A stretch of DNA of 64,000 nt, from positions 61,972 through 125,971 of the forward strand of contig CAZQLY010000004.1 in NCBI GenBank assembly GCA_964594455.1, written 5' to 3'. This document shows positions 28,117 to 38,382 of this stretch, in pieces. Each line of letters starts with the position of its first letter. The stretch's first letter is position 1. A program made the position numbers and the translations under genes. Source of the DNA: an uncultured Gammaproteobacteria bacterium. Lineage in GTDB: Bacteria; Patescibacteriota; Patescibacteriia; JAHIZJ01. Below the pieces are notes generated by a model, which saw only the letters and a list, made by a program, of their open reading frames with translations, did no database searches and had not been told where the DNA came from.

Positions 28117-29109
28117 TCAGCGCCAGTGTGGATCGCGATCGTTCTCGTCGCCATCCGTCTTCTGGGCCAAAGTCATATCGTCCAGATTCAGGATCCAGAG
28201 GTGATAGATCTGCCTTCCGTAGTCCGGCAGATAGCGTCTCGCAAACACGATCTGGTCGCCCATTGGCGAGAAGCAGGCGTCGAAATCCTTGACCGTTGTA
28301 TCGTCGGTCAGCTGCCTCCGATTGCCGGTCCGGATGTCCATAAGCCAGAGATTAGTCGCGTAACGATTATCGCGATGCTCCTCGGAGTAGACGATCTGAC
28401 GGCTGTCGGGTGAAAAGGCCGGGGAACCGCTATCAATGTCCGTCAGCAACCTCGCCTCACCCGTGCTGGTGTCGATCAAGCATACCCGGCTCCCAGTCAT
28501 AGTACAGGCGATATATTTTCCGTTGGGCGAGATCTTGGCCGTCATCGGTAAGCCGTAATCACCCAGTTCGTACTCGGTGAAAGATCCGGCTTCAACGTCA
28601 TAGACAACCACCCACCTATATGAGCCGCTTGGCCTCCCACACCTGATGAAACAGATCTGCCTGCCGTCCCAAGTCAGACTCGGGCCGATATAGTCAGAGG
28701 TGTTGGGCAAACCGGGGAACAGCTCCGTTGACATTCCACCGTCGGTGCACACCAATTCCAGATAGTAATGGTAATAGTCGCGAGTGACATTAATGAAGAC
28801 ATTCTCGAACGGCACCCAAACCGGGGTATCGTTCCTGACCTCATTATGGGTCACCCGAACCACCAGACTGTCCGACAGCATATGAACTTCGGTTCGGCCG
28901 CCGGTCTCGAGCAACTCATCCAGGTAGCGGGTAAACAAGATACCCTCGGCCTGGCAATCCGAGCAACTGAACCGGTCGATCACACAGTCAACATCAGAAT
29001 AGATGTTAGGCGTGACTTCCGGTTTGGTCGTCGTAGAGTCCTCGGAACATCCGGCTGCCAGGAGCACGCAGAGCGCCCCTAGACTTAAAATGGAAAAGAT
29101 CGACTTCAT
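28117..29109 (-). CDS. TolB-like beta-propeller lipoprotein (PD40 repeats)
   Basis: Lipobox LLAAGC. Repeats such as SPNGKYIA, SPDSRQIVYS and FSPMGDQIVFA. GC-rich. Confidence 0.7.
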   Translation of the reverse strand: MKSIFSILSLGALCVLLAAGCSEDSTTTKPEVTPNIYSDVDCVIDRFSCSDCQAEGILFTRYLDELLETGGRTEVHMLSDSLVVRVTHNEVRNDTPVWVPFENVFINVTRDYYHYYLELVCTDGGMSTELFPGLPNTSDYIGPSLTWDGRQICFIRCGRPSGSYRWVVVYDVEAGSFTEYELGDYGLPMTAKISPNGKYIACTMTGSRVCLIDTSTGEARLLTDIDSGSPAFSPDSRQIVYSEEHRDNRYATNLWLMDIRTGNRRQLTDDTTVKDFDACFSPMGDQIVFARRYLPDYGRQIYHLWILNLDDMTLAQKTDGDENDRDPHWR

Positions 29110-29233
29110 GGCCGTTACCTCCTTTGAAACCGTCTATTCACCGCAAAAAGCGGCAGTAACCGTAAATCCAAAAGGACTGTCCTTATACCATAAGAACAGA
29201 CCATTATACGTTTTTTGTCAAGTCTGTCAAGAG

Positions 29234-29671
29234 TTAGTGTCTTTGATACAAGCCAATCAGCTCCGCTGAATCAAGGGCGTGAAGCTGTACCTCTTGTAAG
29301 AAATTTTCACTTGTTAGGCCTTCGAGTTTAGCAACATCCAGGGCGTAAACCTTAAAAACATACTGATGTTTCCCTGATGGCGGGCAAGGACCACCGTAAG
29401 ATTCCTTACCAAAATCGTTTTTGACCTCAACCGCTCCTTCTGGGCATCCGCTTTTTTCCTTCAACTCATTGGTAGCAACAGGTATGTTGGCTACAAACCA
29501 ATGATTGAAATCGCCCATCGGGGCATCAGGGTCTATACAAGAAACAGCGAAGCTTTTTGTCTCTTCCGGGAATTCAGACCAGAAGAGTTGCGGAGAAATG
29601 TCATCGCCATCACAAGTATACATAACCGGGATGTCTCCTTGATCGTTAAAGGCTTGGGATTCTAATTTCAT
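29234..29671 (-). CDS. YbhB/YbcL-family PEBP (Raf kinase inhibitor-like) protein
   Basis: DPDAP...GDFNHW...GGPCPPSGKHQYVFKVYALD are PEBP motifs. Confidence 0.85.
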   Translation of the reverse strand: MKLESQAFNDQGDIPVMYTCDGDDISPQLFWSEFPEETKSFAVSCIDPDAPMGDFNHWFVANIPVATNELKEKSGCPEGAVEVKNDFGKESYGGPCPPSGKHQYVFKVYALDVAKLEGLTSENFLQEVQLHALDSAELIGLYQRH

Positions 29672-29683
29672 AAATTTTTCTTA

Positions 29684-30406
29684 TTAATCAAATTCATTTA
29701 AACTATGGTTCCAACTACAGTATTCGCAGCTAGTATGCCTTTTAGGTAACGGCCCATGTAATAATTCTACGGCGTCTTCAAATGTTTTCTTGGCCCGTTT
29801 AAGATCAGTAGGCACTTTTACTACCGCTGTATTAAATACTACTTGGCCATTTTGCTTCACTGTCTTGGGATAATAATAAAGCAGATAAGCGAAGCTGGCC
29901 GTTTCATACCCGTTGGCTGAGAGCAGTAGAGCGTAGGTGTCCAGTTGAGTCTGGTAGTACCTCTCCGAGTCCCCTGGTCTAGGAGCACTACCTCTGGTTT
30001 TATAATCCAAAGGGATATATTTCTTGCCACTCGATAAGCAATCGTCCAGCGCTCCAAACAAAGTGGCTTTGATTTTTTTATCTTCATATTCCAATCCAGT
30101 ACGCCAGTTGCGCCATAGATCCATCAATTTCAAATCAGGCATCAATTTGCCCACAATCTTGCCCTCAAGCTCAGGCGGCATAGCATCTTTTTTTCTAAAC
30201 ACATCCATATAGTCTTTGATCACCAAATCCATGCCTCCCGGAAGCGAAGGAAAAATTCCCCTCGGGCGATGGATTCTCTCGTTATAATGCAGCCAAAAAC
30301 AACGTGGGCATTCTCTGAACAAATTCAGCCCGGTTGTAGGTGATAATCTGACAGGTTTGTAATTCATATCTTTTTTTATAATATCAAATATGTCAGTTTG
30401 TGTCAT
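29684..30406 (-). CDS. PD-(D/E)XK nuclease superfamily protein (Cas4/DUF83-like Cys cluster)
   Basis: N-terminal CPRCFW and C-terminal CEYCSW Cys pairs. IPLDYKT looks like a D-x-K core. Confidence 0.5.
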   Translation of the reverse strand: MTQTDIFDIIKKDMNYKPVRLSPTTGLNLFRECPRCFWLHYNERIHRPRGIFPSLPGGMDLVIKDYMDVFRKKDAMPPELEGKIVGKLMPDLKLMDLWRNWRTGLEYEDKKIKATLFGALDDCLSSGKKYIPLDYKTRGSAPRPGDSERYYQTQLDTYALLLSANGYETASFAYLLYYYPKTVKQNGQVVFNTAVVKVPTDLKRAKKTFEDAVELLHGPLPKRHTSCEYCSWNHSLNEFD

Positions 30407-31058
30407 TTACATTACTCTTTTTTAATTTATCAATGTTAAACGAATCAGCTAAAGTATAATTCCCTACTCTGGTTCTCTCCAAACTCTTTAGATAACCGCC
30501 TACTTCAAGTGTTTTTCCGATATCACGTGCCAACGAACGTATATAGACGCCGGGGCCTGTGACTACTCTCAATTTTAAGTCCGGCCAGCGATAACTCAAC
30601 AATTCTATCTGCTCTATTTTAACTGTTCGAGGTTTTATTTCTACTTTCTGTCCTTTTCTGGCATATTTATAGGCCACTCGGCCTTTTATATTTACAGCAC
30701 TGTAGATGGGTGGGGTTTGTTTAATATTACCACAAAAATGTTTTATCGCTTGCAATACTTCATTTTCGCTTGGGATAGAGTTAATTTCTATCTCTTCCTT
30801 GTCTCCTTCTTGATCATCAGTAGTACTATACTCACCCAATCGAACCATAGCGATATACTCTTTTTCTTTTTGCACTACTGTACTAAGCTGTCTAGTGGCC
30901 TCACGTCCCACGCCCACAACCAATACACCGCTGGCTAAAGGATCTAAGGTTCCAGCATGCCCAACTCTTTTAACTCCTGTGATTTTCTTGACCTGCTGAA
31001 CCACATCATTTGAAGTAGGGCCGATTGGTTTGTTTACAGAAATAATATTTTTCATCAA
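30393..31058 (-). CDS. truB: tRNA pseudouridine(55) synthase
   Basis: VNKPIGPTSNDVV...GHAGTLDPLASGVLVVGVG is the TruB signature. Confidence 0.9.
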   Translation of the reverse strand: MMKNIISVNKPIGPTSNDVVQQVKKITGVKRVGHAGTLDPLASGVLVVGVGREATRQLSTVVQKEKEYIAMVRLGEYSTTDDQEGDKEEIEINSIPSENEVLQAIKHFCGNIKQTPPIYSAVNIKGRVAYKYARKGQKVEIKPRTVKIEQIELLSYRWPDLKLRVVTGPGVYIRSLARDIGKTLEVGGYLKSLERTRVGNYTLADSFNIDKLKKSNVNDTN

Positions 31059-31129
31059 ATTAATTATACACTGGTTTTTGAAATAAAAAAATTCGCCGCT
31101 GTTGAGCGACGAACCAAGACCTGGCTGAT

Positions 31130-31393
31130 CTACTCCTCCGGAAGAGTGGCGATGGATGTCTTTTCCAGATCGATCATCTCAACTTCCGTGCTAGGCATGC
31201 CAAAGAGCTGCCCGGAATCGGTGATGATTGTTATGGTGTCAAGGCTAATCACATGGATTTTGCCTTGGATCATCTCACCGCAGGCGATTCTCATGGATGC
31301 CCTACCACCCATGGTAATTATGTTGCCTTTGCGATCAAAGACAAACGACCTGTCCACGGTTACCTCCTTGTTGAGATGCAAAATATTGAACAA
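31130..31393 (-). CDS. small hypothetical protein, possibly SpoVS-like
   Basis: 87 aa with weak resemblance to the SpoVS family. Confidence 0.35.
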   Translation of the reverse strand: MFNILHLNKEVTVDRSFVFDRKGNIITMGGRASMRIACGEMIQGKIHVISLDTITIITDSGQLFGMPSTEVEMIDLEKTSIATLPEE

Positions 31394-31470
31394 AAATAAC
31401 CCAAAACGGGTTATATAACCAGATTACTATTTATATATATATTCCGTCAAGCTAATTTATACACAATGAA

Positions 31471-31836
31471 TCAGAGATCAACTCCACCTCTTCTTTGGTT
31501 GTTTTTCTCTATTTGCAAGAAAAGTAAAAACGATGATACCACCAATGGCACCCCGGTGATAGAAGCCGCTAACAAATGACTGCTGCCGGCCCGGAAGTAT
31601 GAATCCAGGCCAAAAGCTATCCCGAATATCAATAACAGCCAAGCTCCGAGTCTTATTTCAAACCAGGATACAATAATGGAAAAACAAACCAAAATAAATA
31701 TTATTACCATCAGCGTCGGTATCTCGGCCCACTCTGACTCGGTGATTCCTGAGCCGACAAACATTGCACCAAAAAACAAGCCAAAGGCCGTGGCCAAACT
31801 ACGTCCGATTATTGAAAAGACGTTGCTTTTGTTCAT
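31471..31836 (-). CDS. membrane protein, hypothetical
   Basis: 3-4 TM helices. Confidence 0.5.
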   Translation of the reverse strand: MNKSNVFSIIGRSLATAFGLFFGAMFVGSGITESEWAEIPTLMVIIFILVCFSIIVSWFEIRLGAWLLLIFGIAFGLDSYFRAGSSHLLAASITGVPLVVSSFLLFLQIEKNNQRRGGVDL

Positions 31837-31841
31837 CTGAA

Positions 31842-32060
31842 CTAAATCTGCTCTAAAATATCAATCACCCCGGCTACCATGCGCTCATGCCGGCGTTCGT
31901 CCTCGATAATTCCTTTAACAATAATTCGATCTTCCTCATTTTTCAAAATAAGTAAAAGCATTCTCTCGTAGTAATCGCCTGATTGAGCTTCCAGTGATTT
32001 CAACATTTTGAAATCACTGATCATTGTTCCAATATCTTTTGTCATATTAGTATTTGGCAA
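31842..32060 (-). CDS. small hypothetical protein
   Basis: 14-nt overlap with the upstream small gene suggests a two-gene module. Confidence 0.4.
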   Translation of the reverse strand: MPNTNMTKDIGTMISDFKMLKSLEAQSGDYYERMLLLILKNEEDRIIVKGIIEDERRHERMVAGVIDILEQI

Positions 32061-32292
32061 TTATTTTCTTAAATAACTCCTCATGCTTCTGTGAATCCCG
32101 GACCAAGGCGTCTAAAACCGTCTTAATAGATTTTTTGTCGCTCTCGGGAATTTTCTCACTATCAATAACTTCGTTGACACGCTGAGATATTACGCTGACG
32201 AATTTTTCTTCGAGCAAGACGCCTTGTTTAATAATGTCTCGGGTGCCTTCCTCATCTATCTTTTCAATTACTTTCCTGCTTAGATTGGTCAT
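32047..32292 (-). CDS. small hypothetical protein
   Basis: Compact pairing with 31842..32060. Confidence 0.4.
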   Translation of the reverse strand: MTNLSRKVIEKIDEEGTRDIIKQGVLLEEKFVSVISQRVNEVIDSEKIPESDKKSIKTVLDALVRDSQKHEELFKKIIAKY

Positions 32293-32355
32293 AAAGTTAG
32301 TTATAATTATTAGCTTAACAAAAACCCCAGAAACATTCTGGAGTTTTTGATATAT

Positions 32356-32436
32356 TTACTCTTTTTTACAATCGCATTGGCATTCGGGGCCACAAGCACA
32401 GTTGTTTTTTGTGGCGCCACAGCCACAAAAGCACAT
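32356..32436 (-). CDS. metallothionein-like Cys-rich mini-protein (26 aa: MCFCGCGATKNNCACGPECQCDCKKE)
   Basis: RBS aaggagg 8 nt upstream of the ATG. 9 Cys in 26 aa. Absent from the ORF track because it is under 60 aa. Confidence 0.35.
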   Translation of the reverse strand: MCFCGCGATKNNCACGPECQCDCKKE

Positions 32437-32523
32437 TTCTTTTTCCTCCTTCATATCTAATTCATTATTTATTAGATATCCTTAATTATAATGCAACGCG
32501 CCATATCTGACAAGCACTCCAAA

Positions 32524-33297
32524 CTAAAGCACAGAATCTATCATCTGTTTGATCTGAGCATAAGGCAGAGCTCCCGATACCGGTATGGTTTCACTGCCGG
32601 CCAACAGTATCGAGTAGGGCGTGCCTGTTCCGCCAGCGGCCGTGGCCTGACCAAGTTGTTCATCAACCTTATTACTGTATTTACCAGAGTTCAAGCAGGA
32701 TTCAAAGGCGGTTTTATCCAATCCTACTGCTGCTGCAATCTCGGGCAACTGATCTGCGCTTAATCCGTTGTTGGATGGCGTAGTCTCAAACAGCTCATCC
32801 AAGAAAGCCCAGAATCCGTCATTACCACCTAATTCTCCAGCACACTCGGCAGCCTCAGCTTCTTTGGGCGCTTTGGAGTGCAAGGAGGCTAACGGAAAAT
32901 GACGATAGACCCAATTAACTTGGCCATCGTATTCTTCTATCACCTGCAGCATGGTTTCGTGAAAGCGCTTGCAGTAAGGGCATTCCGTATCAGAGAATTC
33001 GATAATCGTCACTGGGGCATTAAGATCCCCTCTCACCCAATCTGAATCTGAAACCGGTTGGACTGTTATATCGCCACTGCCGGTTGGACTGGGGGCGGTT
33101 GGAGCCGCTGCTACATTGTTGGTATTGGCTGTTTTGGCACTACCCGAGGCTTCGACACTTGACTCATCAAGACCGAAGACCAAGGCTAACATTATGAAGA
33201 AGCCGATCGTAGTCAAACCAAAGAATGTTACTATCATGCCAGCCAAAAAGGACTTCTTGGGACCCAGCAGTGATAGCATGTTTTTATCTTCTGACAT
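32524..33297 (-). CDS. membrane-anchored DsbA/thioredoxin-fold thiol:disulfide oxidoreductase
   Basis: N-terminal TM helix. CPYC active site in FSDTECPYCKRFHE. Confidence 0.8.
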   Translation of the reverse strand: MSEDKNMLSLLGPKKSFLAGMIVTFFGLTTIGFFIMLALVFGLDESSVEASGSAKTANTNNVAAAPTAPSPTGSGDITVQPVSDSDWVRGDLNAPVTIIEFSDTECPYCKRFHETMLQVIEEYDGQVNWVYRHFPLASLHSKAPKEAEAAECAGELGGNDGFWAFLDELFETTPSNNGLSADQLPEIAAAVGLDKTAFESCLNSGKYSNKVDEQLGQATAAGGTGTPYSILLAGSETIPVSGALPYAQIKQMIDSVL

Positions 33298-33316
33298 ATC
33301 ATTTCTTAATTAATAA

Positions 33317-34261
33317 TTAGTCGATGTGTTCTTGTTGTTTGAATGCTTCCGGACCCAGATCAAGATCTATTTCCGCCCAGATTTTTATTTCTGGGATAAT
33401 AGTTTGAGCGGGTTCGGTCAAAATTGAGACTGTTTTGTAGAATTTTCCTTCCGGCTCTTCATGCAGATTTGGGTCAAAGGTCACGGTTAACACGCCCTGA
33501 GACTCTTTTTCCAACTGGGCAGTGTCTATCTCAGCCGTAGTGCAGGCACAACTTCCAGGAACGCCCGACACTTTTACTGGTTCTATCCCAGTATAGGTGA
33601 ATTCAAAATCATGACTTACTGTACCTCCGCTTTGCTTCAAGGTTCCAAAATCATATTCTCGTTCCGCAAAACTGAAGTCGCCCTGCTTCACTGGATAGGA
33701 ATTCATAGCCATCTGGTCGTTATAATCAGTTTCGGACAAAACCCTACCAAATACTCTGAGTATAAGCTTGGATCCGCTGGCAGCCGACTGATCAGCAATT
33801 GTAACAGTGTCGTCGGGAGCCGCACTAGTTATGACTTGCGCTTGACGGTCGATCGGGCCTACTTCGTTAGGACCGTGCGCTAACGGATCAAAGATTACTT
33901 TTACTTCAAATTCTTCTCCAGCCGGCACAATCTTGTTCCATTTCGACGGATTATTGTGCATACCGAAGATCTGAGTGTTGCTTTCACCGGGTATGACTAT
34001 TCTGGCCGTAGTACACATACAAGATGTCGAGGCTGTTTTTATCACTAGTGGCTCAGTGGAATTGTTTCTCAGCCGAAAACTGTGCTCCACGTTTCCACCC
34101 TGAATATTAATCATCTCCCAATCATGGACTAGCGAATCCACCGCTGTGATCGAACCACTTGGCCACTCCACGTCAGAAGCAGGTGATCCACCCGTTGCTT
34201 GCACTACCAGAAAAACAACCGCTGCCAGCGTTAATCCTGATATAACCAAAAATTTTTTCAT
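33317..34261 (-). CDS. secreted protein with two DUF1573-like domains
   Basis: Signal peptide. Duplicated motif HxFxF...G..PLxI...SCxCTTA (SCMCTTA and SCACTTA). Confidence 0.55.
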   Translation of the reverse strand: MKKFLVISGLTLAAVVFLVVQATGGSPASDVEWPSGSITAVDSLVHDWEMINIQGGNVEHSFRLRNNSTEPLVIKTASTSCMCTTARIVIPGESNTQIFGMHNNPSKWNKIVPAGEEFEVKVIFDPLAHGPNEVGPIDRQAQVITSAAPDDTVTIADQSAASGSKLILRVFGRVLSETDYNDQMAMNSYPVKQGDFSFAEREYDFGTLKQSGGTVSHDFEFTYTGIEPVKVSGVPGSCACTTAEIDTAQLEKESQGVLTVTFDPNLHEEPEGKFYKTVSILTEPAQTIIPEIKIWAEIDLDLGPEAFKQQEHID

Positions 34262-34312
34262 AAGAATAACACAAATTAATGATACGATAATAATCAGGTA
34301 TTATCGTTTGTG

Positions 34313-34654
34313 CTACTCCAAAAGTATTATACTATCGAAAATATATCGTTGTTGGAATTGAACTAGTTGATCACGCAATAACTTGTAGATAGGCTGGATA
34401 AACCAATATCCCAAGGCAATAAATACGGCAATTAAAAGATAGAAAAATTCGACCGTCACCTCTTCAGTCTTCATCAAATTGCCAGTGATTAAACAATGTA
34501 AAGCGCAGGCTGACTTATCTATTTCACCGGCTGAGTTGTTATGAGCGGCCATATTGCTTTCTGGAGTCATCTGATGTACTTCACCACCACTAAATATAAA
34601 AGCGGATATGCCAAATATTATAATAAATATAGTTAAGATAGCAAAATGTTTCAT
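34313..34654 (-). CDS. membrane protein, hypothetical
   Basis: Hydrophobic helices. Confidence 0.45.
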   Translation of the reverse strand: MKHFAILTIFIIIFGISAFIFSGGEVHQMTPESNMAAHNNSAGEIDKSACALHCLITGNLMKTEEVTVEFFYLLIAVFIALGYWFIQPIYKLLRDQLVQFQQRYIFDSIILLE

Positions 34655-34693
34655 TAGGGTTAATTATACAATATATCGTAATAATGTCGAATA

Positions 34694-35491
34694 TTATACA
34701 TCAATCCAAGATTTAAAATATGGATGAAATATGCGCCAACCGCCTTTTTTACCTAATTCTTCTTTAATATAAGAATCTTTTATCTCAACCATCCGGGCAT
34801 TGAGAGGAATTTTTGCCTTATCTTCGAACCACCAAACTCCGATATCTTTTTCATAAAACGGTATTTGGAATATCTTGGCGTAGGTTGGAATCTTATACTC
34901 TAACATACCTAGTTTATTGTCTGGCAAAGTAGAAAACTTCTCCCAGAATATCCTGGGAAATATTTCAAAGATGAAAAGGCAGCACAACAATTGATCCTGG
35001 TAGTCATACTTTTCGCTGAGGTATTTTTTGAATTCTAAATATTGTTTTCGTCCCTCTTTCTCTCTTTTAAGGTTGTCTTTTTTAGTCCAACTCCATTTAC
35101 TTTCAATGTCAGGGGTTAGTAACCTGGTTCCAGAAAGAAAAATCTGGTCTTTTTTTAATCCGCAAAAAACATTTTTTAAGGAATCAAAAACTAACATGTC
35201 CCATTGGACAATAGCAATGCTGTCCCATTCCAAACTCTTACCTCTCTGTTCGTACCAATCTAACAAGGCCAAATCCCCTTCCAGCCATTTCCAATGGGTA
35301 TCGTCACTCGGGCAGATATAGAAATCGTCCAGCAAACCGTTTAATCCATTACGGAAGTCTGCCGCATCCTTTTTATCACCACCAAACAACCCATAAACCT
35401 TAAGGTCGGGGTTGGTTTTCTTGATCAATTCTAAGTGATTGCGAGTAACCTCCAGCTCTTTGTAAAACCAGTAAAGAATGGCTATTTTCAT
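34694..35491 (-). CDS. hypothetical protein
   Basis: 265-aa ORF with a 4-bp overlap to the upstream AlkD-like gene. Confidence 0.5.
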   Translation of the reverse strand: MKIAILYWFYKELEVTRNHLELIKKTNPDLKVYGLFGGDKKDAADFRNGLNGLLDDFYICPSDDTHWKWLEGDLALLDWYEQRGKSLEWDSIAIVQWDMLVFDSLKNVFCGLKKDQIFLSGTRLLTPDIESKWSWTKKDNLKREKEGRKQYLEFKKYLSEKYDYQDQLLCCLFIFEIFPRIFWEKFSTLPDNKLGMLEYKIPTYAKIFQIPFYEKDIGVWWFEDKAKIPLNARMVEIKDSYIKEELGKKGGWRIFHPYFKSWIDV

Positions 35492-36189
35492 TTCTGCATG
35501 TAGAATTTTCTCTTGGCTTCGGGGAATTTCTCTATAGCGTAACGCAACATAGTACGAGGCATTTTTTTGTAACGCGGTTTTAGAAATTTTTCTTCGGTGG
35601 CCAAATCACGGTTACCTACTTCTCGCAACATCCAGCCTACCGCCTTGTGTATTAAATCATGATCTTCCTGCCAAAGTATTTCCGACAATTTCAATGTACC
35701 CTGAAAATCATTATTCCTAATAAAAGTATAGGAGGCCAAAATGGCAATGCGTTTCTCCCAGAGACTTTTTGATCGAGCCAGCTGGTACAAGATCTTTCTG
35801 GGTTTATCCAACAAGTAGTGTCCGACAATATTTGGCGCTGATAAATCCACCAAATCCCAATTATTAATATGTTGAGTGTTCTTCAGGTATAGATCAAATA
35901 TCTTCTTTTTTGTAGCAGCATCTCCGGCTTTGTAATGAAATATCAGAATGAATAAACCGATCATGCGATGTTCGTGAATTGGGTTTTGGATAAGCTTAAC
36001 CGCGTCAGCCAAGGGCAATTGCTTATACTTCTTGAAGAGTGAGCGCAGAACCGGCACCTTGATCCCAATAAACCTGTCGCCTTCTCCGTATTGACCTTTA
36101 CCAGTCTTAAAAAACCTCTGATATTGTTCGGCCTGTTTCTTATTCGAACGTTTTTTTAACTCCTTAGTAATATTATTATAATCACTCAT
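35488..36189 (-). CDS. DNA alkylation repair enzyme (AlkD/AlkC HEAT-like repeat family)
   Basis: WDLVDLSAP...LARSKSLWEKRIAILAS...HKAVGWMLREVG are family motifs. Confidence 0.75.
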   Translation of the reverse strand: MSDYNNITKELKKRSNKKQAEQYQRFFKTGKGQYGEGDRFIGIKVPVLRSLFKKYKQLPLADAVKLIQNPIHEHRMIGLFILIFHYKAGDAATKKKIFDLYLKNTQHINNWDLVDLSAPNIVGHYLLDKPRKILYQLARSKSLWEKRIAILASYTFIRNNDFQGTLKLSEILWQEDHDLIHKAVGWMLREVGNRDLATEEKFLKPRYKKMPRTMLRYAIEKFPEAKRKFYMQK

Positions 36190-36352
36190 TTTTCAACTTT
36201 TACTAGTAAAGAATTCCTTAACATTATAGCATTTTAAAGACTTTAACCAAAACACATTATCTTGACAGGAAGGTTGGTCGTGCGGTAAGTTTATTAACTT
36301 TATAGATAAAGGAAGCACATTCAAAAAAATCCTCAAGCCAAAGGAGGGGTAT

Positions 36353-37504
36353 ATGCAGGGCATTGAACGAGGTTATTGCAATGTCTGCATTGGGGCTCTA
36401 GTTACTGCTTGGCGCTCGCTCATGGAGGTACCGGCGGCTGAGGCGCTTGAGCAGACTCGTTACGGCCACAAAGCAGACACAATGGGCTTGGATGCTATTC
36501 CCGAGATTATCATCGGTGATCGCATCCGTCAGCACGATCGGCACTCGATCCTAGTGACCGAGGAGCTGGAAGAAACTGACATCCGCCGCTGGCCGACCGA
36601 TTCCGATCGCGTTCGCCAGCCTCTGATGTTCTTCTCTGATCCGACTGATCGGTCAATCCAGCTTGGTCAGTTCATTCGTGAGGTTTCCAAAGATAGACCG
36701 CTGGCCAAGGTCGGAATCTTGATGGGACGCGACAAGGGAGTCCGTGCCTGGGAAGAGCAGTTCGAGAAACCGGCTTCGATCACCGGAGCAACCACCTCAA
36801 TCACCTGCGTGCGTAAGGGCGAGATCATCTTCGCCGTGATGGTGAACTACGTCACTCAGCAGATCATCGTAGCCTGCTCCGAAGGTGTATTCATTATGAA
36901 ACTGCCGCGGTTCACCGATCCTGTTCTGGATTCCATCAACTTGGCTTTTATCACGAGCCACGGCAGGTCCCTAATCTTCCCGCCGGTAGGTACGGTTTGC
37001 ACAACGGCTGATGACTGCCGTCGTTTCGTCACCTATCTGGGCAAGACCGGCTATCCGGAGAATTTCCGGGACAGCATGATCTTCATGGAGGAGCCGGGCA
37101 ATTTCCTCCACCACACTGAACCGGGTGGCCCAGCCAGGATTCTCTATCTTTCGAATCTCCAACTAGGTCATGGCCCTATCGGTTTCGTTATGGCCAACGG
37201 TGAGAAGATCGGTGAGTGGATCCACTGGCTGGCCTTTGCCAAATTCTCACCCAAACGGCTGCGCGTCTTCGAGATCTCGATCGACCGGCCCTACATCAAG
37301 GCTGGAGTTCTGATGTCTACCGCCCCGGCTTACAGTATCTTCCGGGACGAAGACGGAATCACCTATCTTGATGTCAGCCGCCTGCGCAACTTCACCATGC
37401 CCAGCAAGTTCCGTTCCATGCTGGTAGTTACCCAGTTTGATAACGAGCGGATCGTTCACATCATGCGTCAGCATGACTATCGGGAAATCACTTTGACCCG
37501 ATAA
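36353..37504 (+). CDS. divergent FIG/IMPase-fold-like protein, hypothetical
   Basis: TEELEETD and SDPTDRS resemble IMPase motifs. Terminator at 37505-37545. GC-rich. Confidence 0.4.
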   Translation: MQGIERGYCNVCIGALVTAWRSLMEVPAAEALEQTRYGHKADTMGLDAIPEIIIGDRIRQHDRHSILVTEELEETDIRRWPTDSDRVRQPLMFFSDPTDRSIQLGQFIREVSKDRPLAKVGILMGRDKGVRAWEEQFEKPASITGATTSITCVRKGEIIFAVMVNYVTQQIIVACSEGVFIMKLPRFTDPVLDSINLAFITSHGRSLIFPPVGTVCTTADDCRRFVTYLGKTGYPENFRDSMIFMEEPGNFLHHTEPGGPARILYLSNLQLGHGPIGFVMANGEKIGEWIHWLAFAKFSPKRLRVFEISIDRPYIKAGVLMSTAPAYSIFRDEDGITYLDVSRLRNFTMPSKFRSMLVVTQFDNERIVHIMRQHDYREITLTR

Positions 37505-37550
37505 CAAAAAACCCTCGTCTTGAGATGACGAGGGTGTTTTTTTGTCTTAT

Positions 37551-38339
37551 TTAAACCGGTCTTAATGTCCCAGCCCATACTTGCCAAGCAAGTAATGACT
37601 TGGCCACAAGACTTAGAATTATGTAGACAGTTTCGCCATAAAGATAATCGCGCCACTTGCCTACTTTCTTGTATTGCAGAATCATGTTAATGGCAAAGAC
37701 ATTAAAGAATATGAAAATTGACAGGAATATCCAATAGACAAAGTCCGGAGCTCTATTTTCACCACTGCCGGCGTTGAACAAATAAAATGCGATTGCTACC
37801 CACGGTATAGCTCCGGCAATACAGCCAAAAATGTATGAAGTCCAATCAGTTTTGGTGGTTGTTTGATTATGCAGTTCCATCACCCAGCCGAATAAAATCA
37901 TCATGGCGTTCAAGAAAAACATTAGCATCAAACTAATTCCATCGTACATACCAGTCAGCATGGCAATAACCACAATCATAATTGAAGAGCTGAATGAATA
38001 TTCAATCCAGCGGGCATAATTAGCGCCTTTGCCCAAATTCCTGACATACCACTGATAAATTCCAGGCAGTGAGATCATAAGATGGGCCAAAGCGGATAGG
38101 AATAAAAACAAAGCCACAATCGGTCCGATCTTCAGGTCAAAAAGCGTTTCCATGACCGGTGTTAGTTTGTTCTGACTAGCATCAAAATCCACAAACGAGC
38201 TAGTGACCGGCAGGGCAAAATCGCTGCTTAAAACCAGCATCAAAACAGCCTGCACCAAGTGCAGGGCGCCCATAAATAAATTAAATACTCTAAGTTTTCT
38301 AAATTTGTTTTCGCTGCTGGGTTGAATTTGTTCCTCCAT
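37551..38339 (-). CDS. heliorhodopsin
   Basis: Strong similarity along the whole length to heliorhodopsin 48C12. Examples are RWIEYSFSSSIMIV, MMILFGWVME, FGCIAGAIPW and the retinal Lys in YIILSLVAKSLLAWQ. Conserved His/Glu counterion positions are present. Confidence 0.9.
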   Translation of the reverse strand: MEEQIQPSSENKFRKLRVFNLFMGALHLVQAVLMLVLSSDFALPVTSSFVDFDASQNKLTPVMETLFDLKIGPIVALFLFLSALAHLMISLPGIYQWYVRNLGKGANYARWIEYSFSSSIMIVVIAMLTGMYDGISLMLMFFLNAMMILFGWVMELHNQTTTKTDWTSYIFGCIAGAIPWVAIAFYLFNAGSGENRAPDFVYWIFLSIFIFFNVFAINMILQYKKVGKWRDYLYGETVYIILSLVAKSLLAWQVWAGTLRPV

Positions 38340-38382
38340 ATTTTTATAAATAATAGTTATTTTCTACATTATAACATATTTT

